A stretch of DNA of 64,000 bases from an uncultured delta proteobacterium. Lineage in GTDB: Bacteria; Myxococcota_A; Polyangia; Palsa-1104. Positions 1-11,100 of this stretch are shown here, piece after piece. The DNA is taken from the NCBI GenBank assembly GCA_963785725.1, contig CAWAWS010000039.1:32001-96000 (forward strand), written 5' to 3'. The position numbers and the translations under genes were made by a program. The notes below the pieces were generated by a model. That model was not told the origin of the DNA, ran no database searches, and saw only the letters and a list, made by a program, of their open reading frames with translations. Within the stretch, counting starts at the first letter, position 1, and each line of letters starts with the position of its first letter.

Positions 1-392
1 CGCGCCATGCGGTCGGCAGCGTGCGGCCCAGCCGGCCGATCTCCTCGAGGTGCGCTTCGGAGAGTGCCTCGAGCCGCTTGCTCGCCCGCCGCGGTGAGCT
101 GCAGGCGGACGATCCGATGGTCGTGCGGGTCGCGTACCCGCTTGACCAGCTTGGCCGCCACCGCCCGGTCCACCAGCCCGACGGCGCTGTGGTGGCGCAG
201 CAGGAGGTAGTCGGCGACCTCACCGACGGTCGGGCCGCGGCGGTCAGGGTGCCCCCGGATGGCGAGCAAGAGCTGCTGCTGCGCCGGCGTCAGTCCCGCC
301 GCCTCAGCCTGCTGCTCGCTCCAGCGCACAAAGCGCCGCAACCCGGTCCGCAGGGCCAGCAGATCCTCGTAGTCGGCGTCTCGCAGAACCAT
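1..392 (-). CDS. MarR-family transcriptional regulator (runs off window start; apparent frameshift near 85)
   Basis: Manual translation from ATG at 392: MVLRDADYEDLLALRTGLRRFVRWSEQQAEAAGLTPAQQQLLLAIRGHPDRRGPTVGEVADYLLLRHHSAVGLVDRAVAAKLVKRVRDPHDHRIVRLQLT, a winged-HTH MarR pattern; absent from the ORF track. Confidence 0.85.
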   Translation of the reverse strand, partial: MVLRDADYEDLLALRTGLRRFVRWSEQQAEAAGLTPAQQQLLLAIRGHPDRRGPTVGEVADYLLLRHHSAVGLVDRAVAAKLVKRVRDPHDHRIVRLQLTAAGEQAARGTLRSAPRGDRPAGPHAADRMA

Positions 393-614
393 CGTCCTAC
401 GATACTCTCGTGACACGATAGAGGGCGGGATGCCGCGCCGACGTGTCCCGGCCCGCCTCTGGCCGCATACTTGTGCCGTGGCTCCATGAGGCAAGTGGCC
501 GAGGTCCGGCCGGATGGAGCCGCTCCAGTTGACAGCCTCGTCGGAGTTATAGCGTCGGGTTCATGAGCAACACATCCGGAGGCCGGCCCCACAAGACCCG
601 AGACGCCAGCGGCG

Positions 615-1146
615 GTGTGCGAGCTTGGAGACTTCGAGGCTCGTGCCCTCTTGGAGGCGCTGGATCGTCGAAGAGTGGAGGAGGAACTGAGTTGGCCTCA
701 GGTTGCCGAAGCGATATGGGCGCAGTCCTACGAGCTCAACGACCGTCGTCACGACCACCCCATCGCCGTCGAGACGATTATCGGAATGCAGAAGCGGAAC
801 AACATCTCCTGCCAGCATGCACTGTTCATGCTCCGCTGGATCGGTCGCGCCCCCGAGGAGCTCATTGCACATCCCGTCGAGGGCAGCATTGGGGTTGCAC
901 TCCCAGCCGCCGGACCGGACCGTCGACTCCGTTGGAACCTGGGTGCACTCTACGAGGCTATGGACGCCCATCGTCGCGAAGAGCGTCTCACTTGGAACGC
1001 GTTGGCGGACCTGCTGTGACTGCACCCACAGCCAATTGACTGGCATCAAGAGGGCCCGATTCGCCGTCGGAATGCGCCTCGCCATGCGCATCACCCAGTG
1101 GCTGGCGCTTCCAGCCTCAGAGTTCATCTACGCAGCCCGTTGGTAG
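615..1146 (+). CDS. Hypothetical protein with two HTH-like repeats (frameshift near 1016-1019)
   Basis: ORF 615..1019 (LLEALDRRR..LSW / LYEAMDAHRR..LTW internal repeat) continues in the 703..1146 frame (DCTHSQLTGIKRARF...AARW). Confidence 0.55.
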
Positions 1147-1175
1147 TCGCCTCCGCCCGGCCTAGGTAGGGCACC
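1146..1175 (+). repeat. Cassette-junction hairpin site copy
   Basis: gtcgcctccgcccggcctaggtagggcacc; overlaps TAG of upstream gene; bulged C after GT. Confidence 0.6.
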
Positions 1176-1278
1176 GATGGCCCTGGTGATTCCCCCCTCG
1201 TACTGTGATGTCATGGACTGCGCAATACCCGGACCCGATGACTGAGCACATCGAGAGAGCTCAGGAAGGACGAAGCTC

Positions 1279-2139
1279 ATGAGTGAGATGATGCCGGCTG
1301 CATTCCTCGGGCACGGGAGCCCGATGAACGCGTTGGATCACAACGGCTACACCGAAGCGTGGCGTGCATTTGGGGAATCGGTACCACGACCTCGTGCGAT
1401 CCTGGCTGTCTCCGCACATTGGTACGTCAACGCGTCGGCCGTTACGGCCATGAAACAACCTAAGACCATCCACGACTTCTATGGGTTCCCCGATGAGCTC
1501 TTCGCGGTGCAGTATCCCGCCGCTGGCGACCCCGGCCTTGCGGAGGAGGTGGCCGAGGTGGTCAACCCCACCTGGATCGGCTTGGACCACGACAGCTGGG
1601 GCATTGACCACGGCGCCTGGTCGGTCCTCGTGCACGCGTTCCCTCAAGCCGACATTCCCGTCGTCCAGCTATCGATCAATGCAGAAAGGCCACTCGAGTA
1701 CCACTTCGAACTCGGGGCGAAGCTCGCACCGCTGCGTCGACGCGGCATCCTCATCGTCGCCAGCGGCAACGTAGTCCACAATCTGCGTCGCATCGACTGG
1801 AACCAGCCCGACGGCGGGTTCGATTGGGCTCATCGCTTCGATGACGACGCTCGTGAACACATGACCACATCACCGGCAGGGATTCTTGGCCTGCGCGATC
1901 ACCCTGATTTCCCGAACGCGGTTCCCACGCCCGACCATTTCCTCCCGCTCCTGTATCTCGCGGGACTGGCCGCGGCGACGGGATCCATCACCGACGTGCT
2001 CGTTGACGGCTACGCCTATGGATCGCTGTCGATGACGGCCTTCACGCTCGATGCCAATTGCCCGCAGCAAGGGCGTTCTGGCCCTGCCGCCCCGCTGCCA
2101 AGTCCTCATTTGGTCCCGACGGACGACACCAACACGTAG
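1279..2139 (+). CDS. ygiD: 4,5-DOPA dioxygenase extradiol / LigB-family dioxygenase
   Basis: [35 protein letters not shown] and PTPDHFLPL motifs. Confidence 0.9.
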   Translation: MSEMMPAAFLGHGSPMNALDHNGYTEAWRAFGESVPRPRAILAVSAHWYVNASAVTAMKQPKTIHDFYGFPDELFAVQYPAAGDPGLAEEVAEVVNPTWIGLDHDSWGIDHGAWSVLVHAFPQADIPVVQLSINAERPLEYHFELGAKLAPLRRRGILIVASGNVVHNLRRIDWNQPDGGFDWAHRFDDDAREHMTTSPAGILGLRDHPDFPNAVPTPDHFLPLLYLAGLAAATGSITDVLVDGYAYGSLSMTAFTLDANCPQQGRSGPAAPLPSPHLVPTDDTNT

Positions 2140-2335
2140 GGAGCACCTCCGAACACAAGACACTTGTGCCCAGGTCAGCCTCGAGCTGGCGGGCCATGCA
2201 TCATCGAACTGAGGCAGGGTGACCGTCGTAGCCCGCTGCCTCCCTTCGTGGGACCGCTCACGCCACGGCCAAAAGACGACACCCAGGACGGCGTTGTCCG
2301 TGACCATCGGCGGATGCCACGTTCCGGGCGAGCCA

Positions 2336-2367
2336 GTTACGCCCCAGGCCCGGCGTTTAGGGGACAC
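2336..2367 (+). repeat. Cassette-junction hairpin site copy
   Basis: gttacgccccaggcccggcgtttaggggacac; contains the stop codon (2357-2359) of the minus-strand ASCH gene. Confidence 0.7.
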
Positions 2368-2803
2368 AGACAGTTGGCCCATCGTGCACTCGCTCAACGA
2401 CGCGAAATCGTTCAAGGACGACGGGGGTGTTGTCCTCGATCGTGAACGTGGGATCACCGAGCGCCTGCCGCATTTCGTCGCCGTGCCAACCCCTCTCGTG
2501 TGCGACCCGCCATTCGGCAACGGAGGTGAATCCCTCCGCTTCGTCAACGGCGTGACCTACGCCGACATCGCTGAGCGGGACCACGGCGACACTTGTGATC
2601 TCAATGACCGCGACCGGCCGGTTGTCTGAGTCAACCACCACCGATCGCCGGCCGGGTACTGGGAGTGGAGTGCCGTCCAGATCATATTCCCGCAGAAGAC
2701 TCGTCGTCGCGACCTTTTGACCACCGAGCACAGCGGACACCAGCGCATCTCGCAGAGGCCCCGGGAATGCAAACTCAGTAAGGGGCAGGTTCTCGTGAGT
2801 CAC
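2357..2803 (-). CDS. ASCH domain protein
   Basis: EFAFPGPLRDALV..GQKVATTSL, HAVDEAEG, VVLERF motifs; GTG start 7 nt after TACCGT. Confidence 0.85.
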   Translation of the reverse strand: MTHENLPLTEFAFPGPLRDALVSAVLGGQKVATTSLLREYDLDGTPLPVPGRRSVVVDSDNRPVAVIEITSVAVVPLSDVGVGHAVDEAEGFTSVAEWRVAHERGWHGDEMRQALGDPTFTIEDNTPVVLERFRVVERVHDGPTVCVP

Positions 2804-2824
2804 GCAGCCCACGGTACCGCGGGC

Positions 2825-2852
2825 TGCGCTCCGAACTGGTGTACTGGGGCAT
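2825..2852 (+). repeat. Cassette-junction hairpin site copy
   Basis: tgcgctccgaactggtgtactggggcat, just upstream of the ASCH gene start. Confidence 0.55.
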
Positions 2853-2901
2853 TTAGCCGCTCTGGTCACGGCGGGAAGGGACACATCAGGCAGCACCAAT
2901 A

Positions 2902-2932
2902 GTGTCGCCCCAGCCCGGCATTCGGGGACACC
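2902..2932 (+). repeat. Cassette-junction hairpin site copy
   Basis: gtgtcgccccagcccggcattcggggacacc; GTGTC(g)CCC pairs with GGGGACAC, one bulge. Confidence 0.75.
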
Positions 2933-3002
2933 TTCGGGACCTCAACGCGTCGGTTCGTTCGATGAAAACGGCCGGTTGGAGGGAGCGGTGCAAGATGACC
3001 GA

Positions 3003-3998
3003 CTACGGCACGACCTTTGCTCCACCAATGGGCACGATATCGACGCGATAGATAGCTTCCGACTCATGCCTTAGGCCCGAAACAGTGATGTCGCGAACGA
3101 GTGAGGTGACCTGATCTCCGCGTAGGTTGTCGTCGATCTCAAGGTGGGCGATCACCCAAAGTCGGTTTGGACCGACGAACGTGACGAGCAGCTCGCGAAT
3201 GGCGGTCACTCCAGGGTACCCAAGGAGAAACGTCCGGAACGCCTCCTCGTCAGTCGGTTGGAATGGCTGGGTAACCGGTGGCAACACCCAGCGCCTGGGG
3301 GGCTGCGGAGCCGGGGAGGTGAGCAACCAGGCGCCGACCAGGAAATCGTGACTGCGTTGGATGAGCCGACCCCCGGTATGGATGAGCATCACTCCGATGA
3401 GCACGGCAACGATCCCCTGGGGGATCGACGATCCGGTGATCTGATTGAGGCCCAAGGCGGCGAACGCCATCAAATCTCCCAGGACTGACACCGAATCTTG
3501 CATAAACACGGTCCTCAGACTGGGGTCGGACGTCGCCTGGGACTCGCTGAGGAGACTCACGTTCCGGCGGCGCGCTCGGTTGCTCATCTGACCGGCGGAC
3601 TGGCGAAATGAAGTCAGATCAAAGACAGTGGCGATCGCAAGCACGACATAGGCCACGACGAATCGAGAGGTCACGCTTGGGTGGATCAGCTCTTCGATAC
3701 CCTCGCGCAAGGAGAACAGCGCACCGGCAACCAGCACACCGAGTGCCACAAGCAGCGTCCAAAAGTAGATCTCCCGCCCGTAGCCCAACGGATGTCGGTC
3801 GTCGCGATCTCGGGTGCTGCGGTACTGAGCGATGACGAGGAAGACACCGGTGGCGACATCGGTGAGTGAGTGCGCGGCCTCGGCTGCCATTGCGGCTGAA
3901 CCCGTCAAGACCGCGGCGCCGGCCTTGGCGAGTCCGATCCCGAAGTCCGCCGCTAGAGCTACCCAAATGGTCCGTGTGGTGCTTTCGTTTGACATCAT
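3003..3998 (-). CDS. Cation diffusion facilitator (CDF) family transporter
   Basis: TGSAAMAAEAAHSLTD, HPLGYGRE, multiple TM segments, C-terminal cytoplasmic domain. Confidence 0.88.
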   Translation of the reverse strand: MMSNESTTRTIWVALAADFGIGLAKAGAAVLTGSAAMAAEAAHSLTDVATGVFLVIAQYRSTRDRDDRHPLGYGREIYFWTLLVALGVLVAGALFSLREGIEELIHPSVTSRFVVAYVVLAIATVFDLTSFRQSAGQMSNRARRRNVSLLSESQATSDPSLRTVFMQDSVSVLGDLMAFAALGLNQITGSSIPQGIVAVLIGVMLIHTGGRLIQRSHDFLVGAWLLTSPAPQPPRRWVLPPVTQPFQPTDEEAFRTFLLGYPGVTAIRELLVTFVGPNRLWVIAHLEIDDNLRGDQVTSLVRDITVSGLRHESEAIYRVDIVPIGGAKVVP

Positions 3999-4094
3999 CC
4001 GGCCCTTCTTGGGATCGCCTTGATCTTCGGGGGTCACAGGGTCATCGTAGAAAGGCGCCGAGGGCGGATACCGGTATCCCCCTTGTGCCGCAGG

Positions 4095-4124
4095 GTGTCA
4101 CCCGAGCCCGGCGTTCAGGGCTAC
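4095..4124 (+). repeat. Cassette-junction hairpin site copy
   Basis: gtgtcacccgagcccggcgttcagggctac, 8 nt from the PPOX gene stop; 4085-4101 matches 26389-26405 at 16/17 nt. Confidence 0.7.
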
Positions 4125-4132
4125 TAAATCAA

Positions 4133-4570
4133 TCAACTTGCGACATCTGCCGCTGACACGATCCGATCTGGGTGGAGTCGGACGAGAAGCTCTCCCTCGA
4201 CACCGTTACGAGCGCCGAATTCGTCGGCCCGACTCTTTCCCATGTAGCGGCCGCCGATGATTGTGGCCCACCTGCCAACCTCTTCTAGGTCTTCGGAAAG
4301 AACTACAGACCCTTCGATCGTTACGAACGAATACGGAGCTCGATCATCTTGGACGCAAAGAGCGGCAAGGTGCGTTCGGGCGAGGTTTCGACCCTTCACG
4401 GTATCTCTGCCTGTATTGAAGACGATGTCCCCGTTGTCGTCGGTCACAAACCAAACTGGAGCGACGTGTGGCCGGCCATCGGCGCGGGTGGTGGCGAGCG
4501 TCCCTGGGCGAGCTGGGTGAGACGCAAGAAAGCTATTCACTTCGTGGTTAGTCATCAGATGGTAGGCCAT
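4133..4570 (-). CDS. PPOX-class F420-dependent oxidoreductase
   Basis: LATTRADGRPHVAPVWF, FNTGRDTVKGRNL, GGRYMG..FGARN motifs. Confidence 0.88.
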   Translation of the reverse strand: MAYHLMTNHEVNSFLASHPARPGTLATTRADGRPHVAPVWFVTDDNGDIVFNTGRDTVKGRNLARTHLAALCVQDDRAPYSFVTIEGSVVLSEDLEEVGRWATIIGGRYMGKSRADEFGARNGVEGELLVRLHPDRIVSAADVAS

Positions 4571-4660
4571 CAAGCCGTTCTAGCGCGGGGACGTTCGGAC
4601 GTGTCGCTTCCGCAAACTAGGGCCACTCGGGCACCCAATGACTGGCCGACAAGTGTGGAA

Positions 4661-4696
4661 GTGTCCCACCCTCCCTGCTGCAATGTACTGGGCTAG
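4661..4696 (+). repeat. Cassette-junction site, degenerate copy
   Basis: gtgtcccaccctccctgctgcaatgtactgggctag; right arm GTACTGGGCTAG intact. Confidence 0.5.
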
Positions 4697-4789
4697 TCAA
4701 CGACCCCACCGATAAATCGCCTCAGCGCGCTCAGGTAGCCGCCAGTGCCCGAGAGGCGGACGAGCTAGTCGCCGCTGGCCGCTTCCTGG

Positions 4790-5056
4790 TTAGTCTTTGA
4801 GTATGACGTTGTGAACTTCCGTGAGCTCGTCAACCTTGACACCCGGGACGTTCGGCTTCACATTGTTGCCGAACCAGTTCTGGAAGTCGTCACGGGTCTC
4901 CCATATCTCAGATACGTGAAACTCGCCGTCTCTCAGGAAGGCTACGTGGGCGACGAAACCCGCCGCGGCCAGAAGAGGGGGCGTCAGATGCTCTGAGACC
5001 TTGTCGTACGAATCCGTCGTCATTCCTGAGACAGACAGCCTCGCCAATACCGACAT
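4790..5056 (-). CDS. Small dimeric alpha/beta-barrel (ABM-like) protein
   Basis: 88 aa; GF..H....G.F.V.EIWE...DF pattern shared with 28053 and 29909. Confidence 0.6.
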   Translation of the reverse strand: MSVLARLSVSGMTTDSYDKVSEHLTPPLLAAAGFVAHVAFLRDGEFHVSEIWETRDDFQNWFGNNVKPNVPGVKVDELTEVHNVILKD

Positions 5057-5387
5057 GTTCGCTCCTCAGGCTCGTGGCTCATGTACTGCGAAATGGACCC
5101 TACTCATATGAACCACCTCATGCACCAGGTGTTTCAGGTGCATCCACTTGTGGGCAAATCTGGGTGAACTTCGGTCGAGATTATTAGCTGCCCCAGTTGT
5201 GCCTGCCGTCCCACCTTCCCCGCGATGTGGGGCAAGCGGGAACATTTCGCTGTGGAGGTTGCTGACGGCCGAAGTGCGACCGCCAGAGCTCAAATTCCTC
5301 CAAGTCAGGCGTATCGATTCCCCCAGCGAGTCGGCGGAGGTATCACCCAATTCCCGTTCTGACTCAAAAAAGCATGGAGCCACGACC

Positions 5388-6464
5388 ATGGCCAATTTGA
5401 GCTTGTCCAATCGACCTGCACGCATTGTTCGGGTAACGGTGTTGATTGTAGGGATCCTGACAATAGGGGCGCTGCTTGGCATTGGAGGAGTGAAGGCTGC
5501 CCACGAGCTCCACGGCCCGCCACCTCCGCCGGTCGCTCAGTACTCGGCAGGCTACGGCCTCGATGGACCGGTAGCAGCGTCGATGGTGGGTTCTGACCTC
5601 TTTGTTGCGAATGAGTCGGGAAACTCCGTGACCGAAGTCAACGCCTCGTCCGGCGCTCACGTCGCAACGATTGCCGGCCGTTCCTTTGGATTGGACCAGC
5701 CAAGGGCGATTATTTCCGACGGACCCGCCCTGTTCGTTGCCAACGGTGCCAGCAATACAGTCACCGAGATTGATCCCACCAACCGCTCTCTCATCCGAAC
5801 TATCTCAGGGTTTTCTGATCCCCTTGCCCTCGCGGCCGAGAGCGCACGCATATATGTCCTGAACGGCACCGGGTCAGTTACAGAGGTGTCCGCAAGAACG
5901 GGCAGTCTTCTTGGAGTTGCCTCGGGTAACCAGTTTGGATTCAGCACGCCCGGGGGGATTGTTGCGGCTGGTGACCATCTGTTCGTGACAAACGAAGCCG
6001 CAAACTCCGTCACCGAGATCAACGATCGATCAATGAAGTTGGTGACCATATTGCAGGGGCCTAGTTACAAGTTCCGCAAGCCGACGGGAGCAGCCGTCGT
6101 AGGCGGTGACTTGTGGGTGACGAACCAAACGGGTGACTCGGTCACGGAGATCGCGACCAACACAGACGAGGTGACGCGAGTGGTAATCGACCACACGAAT
6201 CTCCCGACTCCAGGACCGATCGCCGTTGGCGACGGATACGTGTTTACCGTCAGCCCACCCGGAAACTCTCCCATGGTGAGCCAAATAACATCCACCGATG
6301 GAGCCGTTGCCTGGATGATGTGCAATACCAACGGTGCGTATCTGTTCAATGACCCTCAGGCCGCGGTTGTGGCGGGCTCGAGCCTTTGGGTAGTGAGCAA
6401 GGGAGGCAACTCCCTCACGCAGATGAACACCGATTCTGGAGCGCTCATTCGCACCATCTCGTAG
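5388..6464 (+). CDS. Secreted or membrane-anchored YncE/NHL-type beta-propeller protein
   Basis: N-terminal TM helix; repeated LFVAN...NSVTEI units. Confidence 0.75.
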   Translation: MANLSLSNRPARIVRVTVLIVGILTIGALLGIGGVKAAHELHGPPPPPVAQYSAGYGLDGPVAASMVGSDLFVANESGNSVTEVNASSGAHVATIAGRSFGLDQPRAIISDGPALFVANGASNTVTEIDPTNRSLIRTISGFSDPLALAAESARIYVLNGTGSVTEVSARTGSLLGVASGNQFGFSTPGGIVAAGDHLFVTNEAANSVTEINDRSMKLVTILQGPSYKFRKPTGAAVVGGDLWVTNQTGDSVTEIATNTDEVTRVVIDHTNLPTPGPIAVGDGYVFTVSPPGNSPMVSQITSTDGAVAWMMCNTNGAYLFNDPQAAVVAGSSLWVVSKGGNSLTQMNTDSGALIRTIS

Positions 6465-6549
6465 CTGGCTGCGCACCACCGCACCTGCCATTGCCTGTAA
6501 CCGAGCGGGACTTCTTTTGCTCCTAGGACTATCCCCACGGTGCCTGCAT

Positions 6550-6582
6550 GGTGCGCCCATCCCGGCAGCGAACTGGGCTACC
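6550..6582 (+). repeat. Cassette-junction hairpin site copy
   Basis: ggtgcgcccatcccggcagcgaactgggctacc; GGTG(c)GCCCA pairs with TGGGCTACC. Confidence 0.75.
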
Positions 6583-6644
6583 CCCGACCCTGAGGGCAGG
6601 CCGCCAGCTCGATCCCGCCGCTCTGACCACGCGAGGATGGTCCC

Positions 6645-7184
6645 GTGACGCCGGTGGTTCTGATTCGTCACGCCGAGCCGCTCATGACCGGAGAGACGCC
6701 GGGAGCCGAGTGGCCTCTGACCGAAGAGGGCAGGAAAGAGGCAGCCGCGCTGGGAAGGAGTCTCACCCGCCGATCTGCGAGCACAATCGTCTTGACGAGT
6801 CCTGAGCGCAGAGCCCGCGAAACTGCTGCGCTGTCCCTCCCTTCAGTGGTCGCGGAGATCAGGGATCAGCTCAGGGAGGTGATGAAACCGTGGTATGCCT
6901 CAGCCGCCGAGCACACGAACGCCGTAGCAAGAAACCTGAAGGGCGAAACGGTTGAGGGATGGGAACGTCGTGAAGACGTGATCAGCCGGATTGCGCTACT
7001 GAAGCCCGACTTTGGATCCTCAAAGCACCTTGTTTTGGTGAGCCACGGCTTGCTCCTCACGACTTGGCTTGACCACGAGATAGGACTGAGCGATCCCTTG
7101 TCGTTTTGGTCCGAGCTAAGGATTCCCGACGCTTGGGCGGTCGATTTCGAGGACAAGTCGCTTGAGCGGATCGCTGACCGTTAA
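6645..7184 (+). CDS. Histidine phosphatase (phosphoglycerate mutase) family protein
   Basis: LIRHAE, SPERRARETA, LVSHG motifs. Confidence 0.85.
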   Translation: MTPVVLIRHAEPLMTGETPGAEWPLTEEGRKEAAALGRSLTRRSASTIVLTSPERRARETAALSLPSVVAEIRDQLREVMKPWYASAAEHTNAVARNLKGETVEGWERREDVISRIALLKPDFGSSKHLVLVSHGLLLTTWLDHEIGLSDPLSFWSELRIPDAWAVDFEDKSLERIADR

Positions 7185-7273
7185 GTAGCGACCGCTTTGG
7201 AATTAGGAGCAATCTGGGTGAGGTCTTGGGCCTGCACCAACTAGCTTCTCCCACACGGATCTGAGAGGAGCGA

Positions 7274-7948
7274 GTGGTGAAGGTCGTTGTGGGGGAGATA
7301 CTCCCCCTTGCATTGGTGGTGACGATCTCGCCGATCAACGTCATTCCCGTCATCCTCCTTCTCTTCACCAAGCGACCCTTGGTCAATGCGTCGTCCTTCT
7401 TCGTCGGGTTCGTTGCCGGCGTCGCAGCCATGCTCGTGGCGCTGGTCGCTATCGCAGAGGCAGTGGATCTCTCTCCGGGGTCTGGGCATTCGACGTGGGT
7501 GGCCGTGCTGAAAATGGGCCTCGGTGCGTATCTGTTGGTGGCCGCCGTCCGAAAGTTCCGCGGGCGATCCCGAGCTGGTGGCGAGGGTGCAATGCCCAAG
7601 TGGATGGATGGGATTGCTGCGTTTGAGCCCGGACGGTCCTTGGGAACGGGTCTGGCCCTGGGTTCCGTCAATCCGAAGAACGTGGTCGTCGGTTTGGCTG
7701 CTGCAGCGACCATCGCATCTGAGGCAGGCTCACGCGGTCAGCAGATTGGTGCGATCGCCATCTACGTGTTGGTCGCTGTCTTGGGGGTGGCGGCCCCGAT
7801 CGTGGTAACGGCTTTCCTCGGAGATCGATCACCGAAAGTCCTGGAGGGGTGGAAGGTCTGGCTGACGCAGAACAATGCGACTGTCATGTCGGTGCTGTTC
7901 CTGATCTTTGGTGTGGTCCTGATTGGCCAGGGTATCGAAGCCGCGTAG
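7274..7948 (+). CDS. GAP/Sap family membrane protein
   Basis: Hydrophobic protein; ISP..I.VILLL, NPKN, WLTQNNATVMSVL motifs. Confidence 0.8.
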   Translation: MVKVVVGEILPLALVVTISPINVIPVILLLFTKRPLVNASSFFVGFVAGVAAMLVALVAIAEAVDLSPGSGHSTWVAVLKMGLGAYLLVAAVRKFRGRSRAGGEGAMPKWMDGIAAFEPGRSLGTGLALGSVNPKNVVVGLAAAATIASEAGSRGQQIGAIAIYVLVAVLGVAAPIVVTAFLGDRSPKVLEGWKVWLTQNNATVMSVLFLIFGVVLIGQGIEAA

Positions 7949-7966
7949 CCCGGTCCCGTAAGGGCC
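7945..7966 (+). repeat. Cassette-junction site, degenerate copy
   Basis: gtagcccggtcccgtaagggcc overlapping the TAG of the GAP gene. Confidence 0.45.
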
Positions 7967-8188
7967 TAACGGCGACATCCCCTCCGGGCAGCAAGGATCG
8001 TCAGGGAAGGCCAGCGCTTGCAACGGGTCAATCGATCAACAGGTGCACGGTATTCGTTCGTCGCACTGTGCCAAGGCGGTGGAAGGGTCGTTCGGCCCAA
8101 TGAATGTTGCTTGCATTGTCGTCATCCTGGGTGACAGAGTTCGGTTACGGCGAGGAAGAGGCGGATGGGGACTCGAAGGCGAGTAGGG

Positions 8189-11100
8189 ATGTCGTACTCA
8201 TGTCGGGTCCTTTCCGGATTCGCATGTGCGGTCGCGCTTGTTCTTGGCCTCCTCTCCTTACTCGACCCGCCGGCCCAGGCTGCAACCGGTGCCGGGACGT
8301 GGAGTCTCGACGCAGCCCCAGGTCAACTCGGATTCGGAGAGGTCGATGCCATTTCGTGCGCCGACCCGACGTACTGCGTGGCGCTGTCATCCAACCAGTA
8401 CGAGGACGACGCACTGATCGACAGCAATGGTTCCTGGAGCAGCGCGCCCCTCGTCGAACCGGGCGGCGCCCTGCAGCTCAACAGCGTGTCCTGTTTTTCC
8501 GAGTCGTTTTGTATGGCTGTCGGTGAGAGTTCTCTTGCATCAGGGGGTCATCCCAATGCAGTGGGCGTGATCGAGGAATGGGATGGCTCGGCGTGGTCGG
8601 TCGTGTCAAACCCACAGTCATCGGGGCTCGACGTCTCGTTCAGCAGCGTGTCGTGTCCCGGTGCGGCGAGTTGCTTGGCGGTCGGACAGGACAGCACTGA
8701 CGGTGGGTTCATCGACAGTTGGAACGGCTTGTCCTGGACGATGGCCTTCAATGAACAGGGGGTGAGCCTCTCCGCGGTTTCTTGCAGCACCCCTGCGTCC
8801 TGCGTCGCAGTGGGGGCGGGGGCTTCAAATCTGCTCTATTCCGCGGTGTTGGTCGGCGGAACCTGGACGGCCGAATCTGTGCCCGACCCGGGCAGCGACG
8901 CCTTCCTTTACGACGTGTCGTGTGCTTCGCCAACCTTCTGTATGGCAGTCGGCTCGATACAAGTCGGTGGCGTCGGCTGGGCGACCGGTCTTACCGAAGC
9001 CTGGGACGGCACATCGTGGCTTGTCGTTCCGAGCCCGAAATTACCCCGAGGATGACCTCGGTCCGGGCTTCATAGGCGGAGGGATTTTGATCAGCGACTC
9101 CTGTGTCTCCGCGCAGGCGTGCGTCGCCGTCGGATATGGCGGCGGAGGGGTGAATGGCTCGAGCCTTTCGTATCCGGGTCTTGCCGTGGTGGAGACGTGG
9201 GACGGGGATGCTTGGTCTCTCACGCCCACACCGGCGCCGGTGGAACCGGCGGGAGGAGGGCGGGCCGACTTGCGCGGGGTCTCGTGCGTGCCTGACGCAA
9301 ATGACGCGCAGTGCGTCGCCGTTGGGCTCCAGACTCCCGACAACGCGACCTTCTCGGCTCTCGTCGAGACAACCTCTGCGGCAGTCGGATCCCTCGATGC
9401 CACGTCGACGCAGGTGCAATCGGACGGCGAGGGCGATCTCACCGCAACCGTCACCACGGGCGCATCACCGGCCTACGGAGCGCTGGAGATGGCGACGGGG
9501 GAGACGGTGCCGACTGGGAGCGTCACCTTCCTGAGCGACGGCTTGCCCATCTCGAGCTGTCCTCCCTTGGAGCTCGACTCGGGACAGGCCAGCTGTTCGG
9601 CCGGCGCCGGTGCCACAGGACCGATAACAGCCGACTATTCGGGTGATGCGATCTTCGACGGTTCATCGAGCCAGCAGGTCGGCACCCTCCCCGTCGCATA
9701 CGTGGGCAACGGCGCAACGAGCGGCACGGTGCCCGTGGACGGCGCGAGCCCTTACAGTTCCGCTGCCACGGTCACGGTGCTTCCCCCTGGCACACTCGCC
9801 AGGGCCGGATACAGCTTTTCTGGTTGGAACACAAAGCCCGATGGCAGCGGTTCCTCCTACGCTCCGGGCGCCACCTTCACAATCCTGGCCAGCACGGAAC
9901 TCTTTGCGGTCTGGAGGCCGAATGACACCGCGACGATCATTCCGAGCAACCCCTCGACGTCGGTCTCCACTCAGTTGATCAGCTACTCGGCCACAGTGAG
10001 CGGGTGGGGACCAACCCCGACCGGCACCGTGACGTTCTCGGTCGGCGACACGACGCTGTGCAGCGGGGCGTTGAACTCGGGTTCGGCTTCGTGCTCCTCG
10101 GGCGGCGCCCCCGTGGGCGAAGACACCGTCACTGTGTCCTACGGCGGCGACTCGAACTACTCCTCGAACTCGACCTCCTCGTCGATCGACGTGACCCAGG
10201 CGTCGACGTCGACGTCGGTGACCCCTTCGGTCAACCCGGCCCCGCTGTTCACCGACGTGACCTACTCGGCGACCGTCTCGGTCGACTCCCCAGGGTCAGG
10301 GACTCCGAGTGGCACAGTCGACTTCACCTCAAACGGCACCACGATCGGCACCTGCTCGGCGATCCCACTGAGTTCGGGCGTGGCGCAGTGTACGACGGAG
10401 TACTCCGACGGCGGTCCCGTGGGTCCGATCGTCGCCACCTACTCGGGCGGCACGGACTTCAGCGTGTCGGCAGTCGAACGGGTTCACCGAGAACGTCTCG
10501 CTCGGCACGTCCTCGACGTCGCCGTCGGTGTATCCCTCCGTCGTGGCCAGCGGTACCACGGTGACCTACTCCGCGACGGTCGTGGGCTCGTTGTTGACGG
10601 CGCCGGTCGGCTCGGTGGCCTTCACCGTCGGGAACACTGACCTGTGCACCGCCTCACTGACACGCGGGGACGGGGTCGTGCACGGCATCGAACGCCCCAC
10701 TGGGATCGGACGAAACGGTGACGGCGACGTACTCGGGCTGGACCACCTACGTGGGCTCCTCGAACACGACGACGCTCTCGGTGGCACCGCCCGCTCCGTC
10801 GCCTCCGGCCGGCGCAACAGGGTCGGTGAGTGCTGCCGCGGGTCCTGGAGGCACCGCCACCGCCATCGCGGGCAGGGGCGGCATCACCGGATCCGGCTCG
10901 GGCTACGGCTCGCTCACCGTTTCGACCTATGGAGCCAATCCCGCCTCGGCGGAAGTCTCCGATGGGACCGGCACCTACTACGACGTGGCCGTGTCGCCGG
11001 GGTCCAGCGTTCAGCTCGCTGACCATCACGGTGTGCAACCCGGGCTCGGCCAACTCACTCGATTGGTTCACCGGTAGCTCGTGGGTGACTTTCTCGGACC

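Noticed and set aside
5148..5387. Riboswitch or N-terminal extension upstream of the beta-propeller gene
   Set aside because: No riboswitch consensus recognised; the ATG at 5388 has a GGAG RBS and precedes the TM segment.
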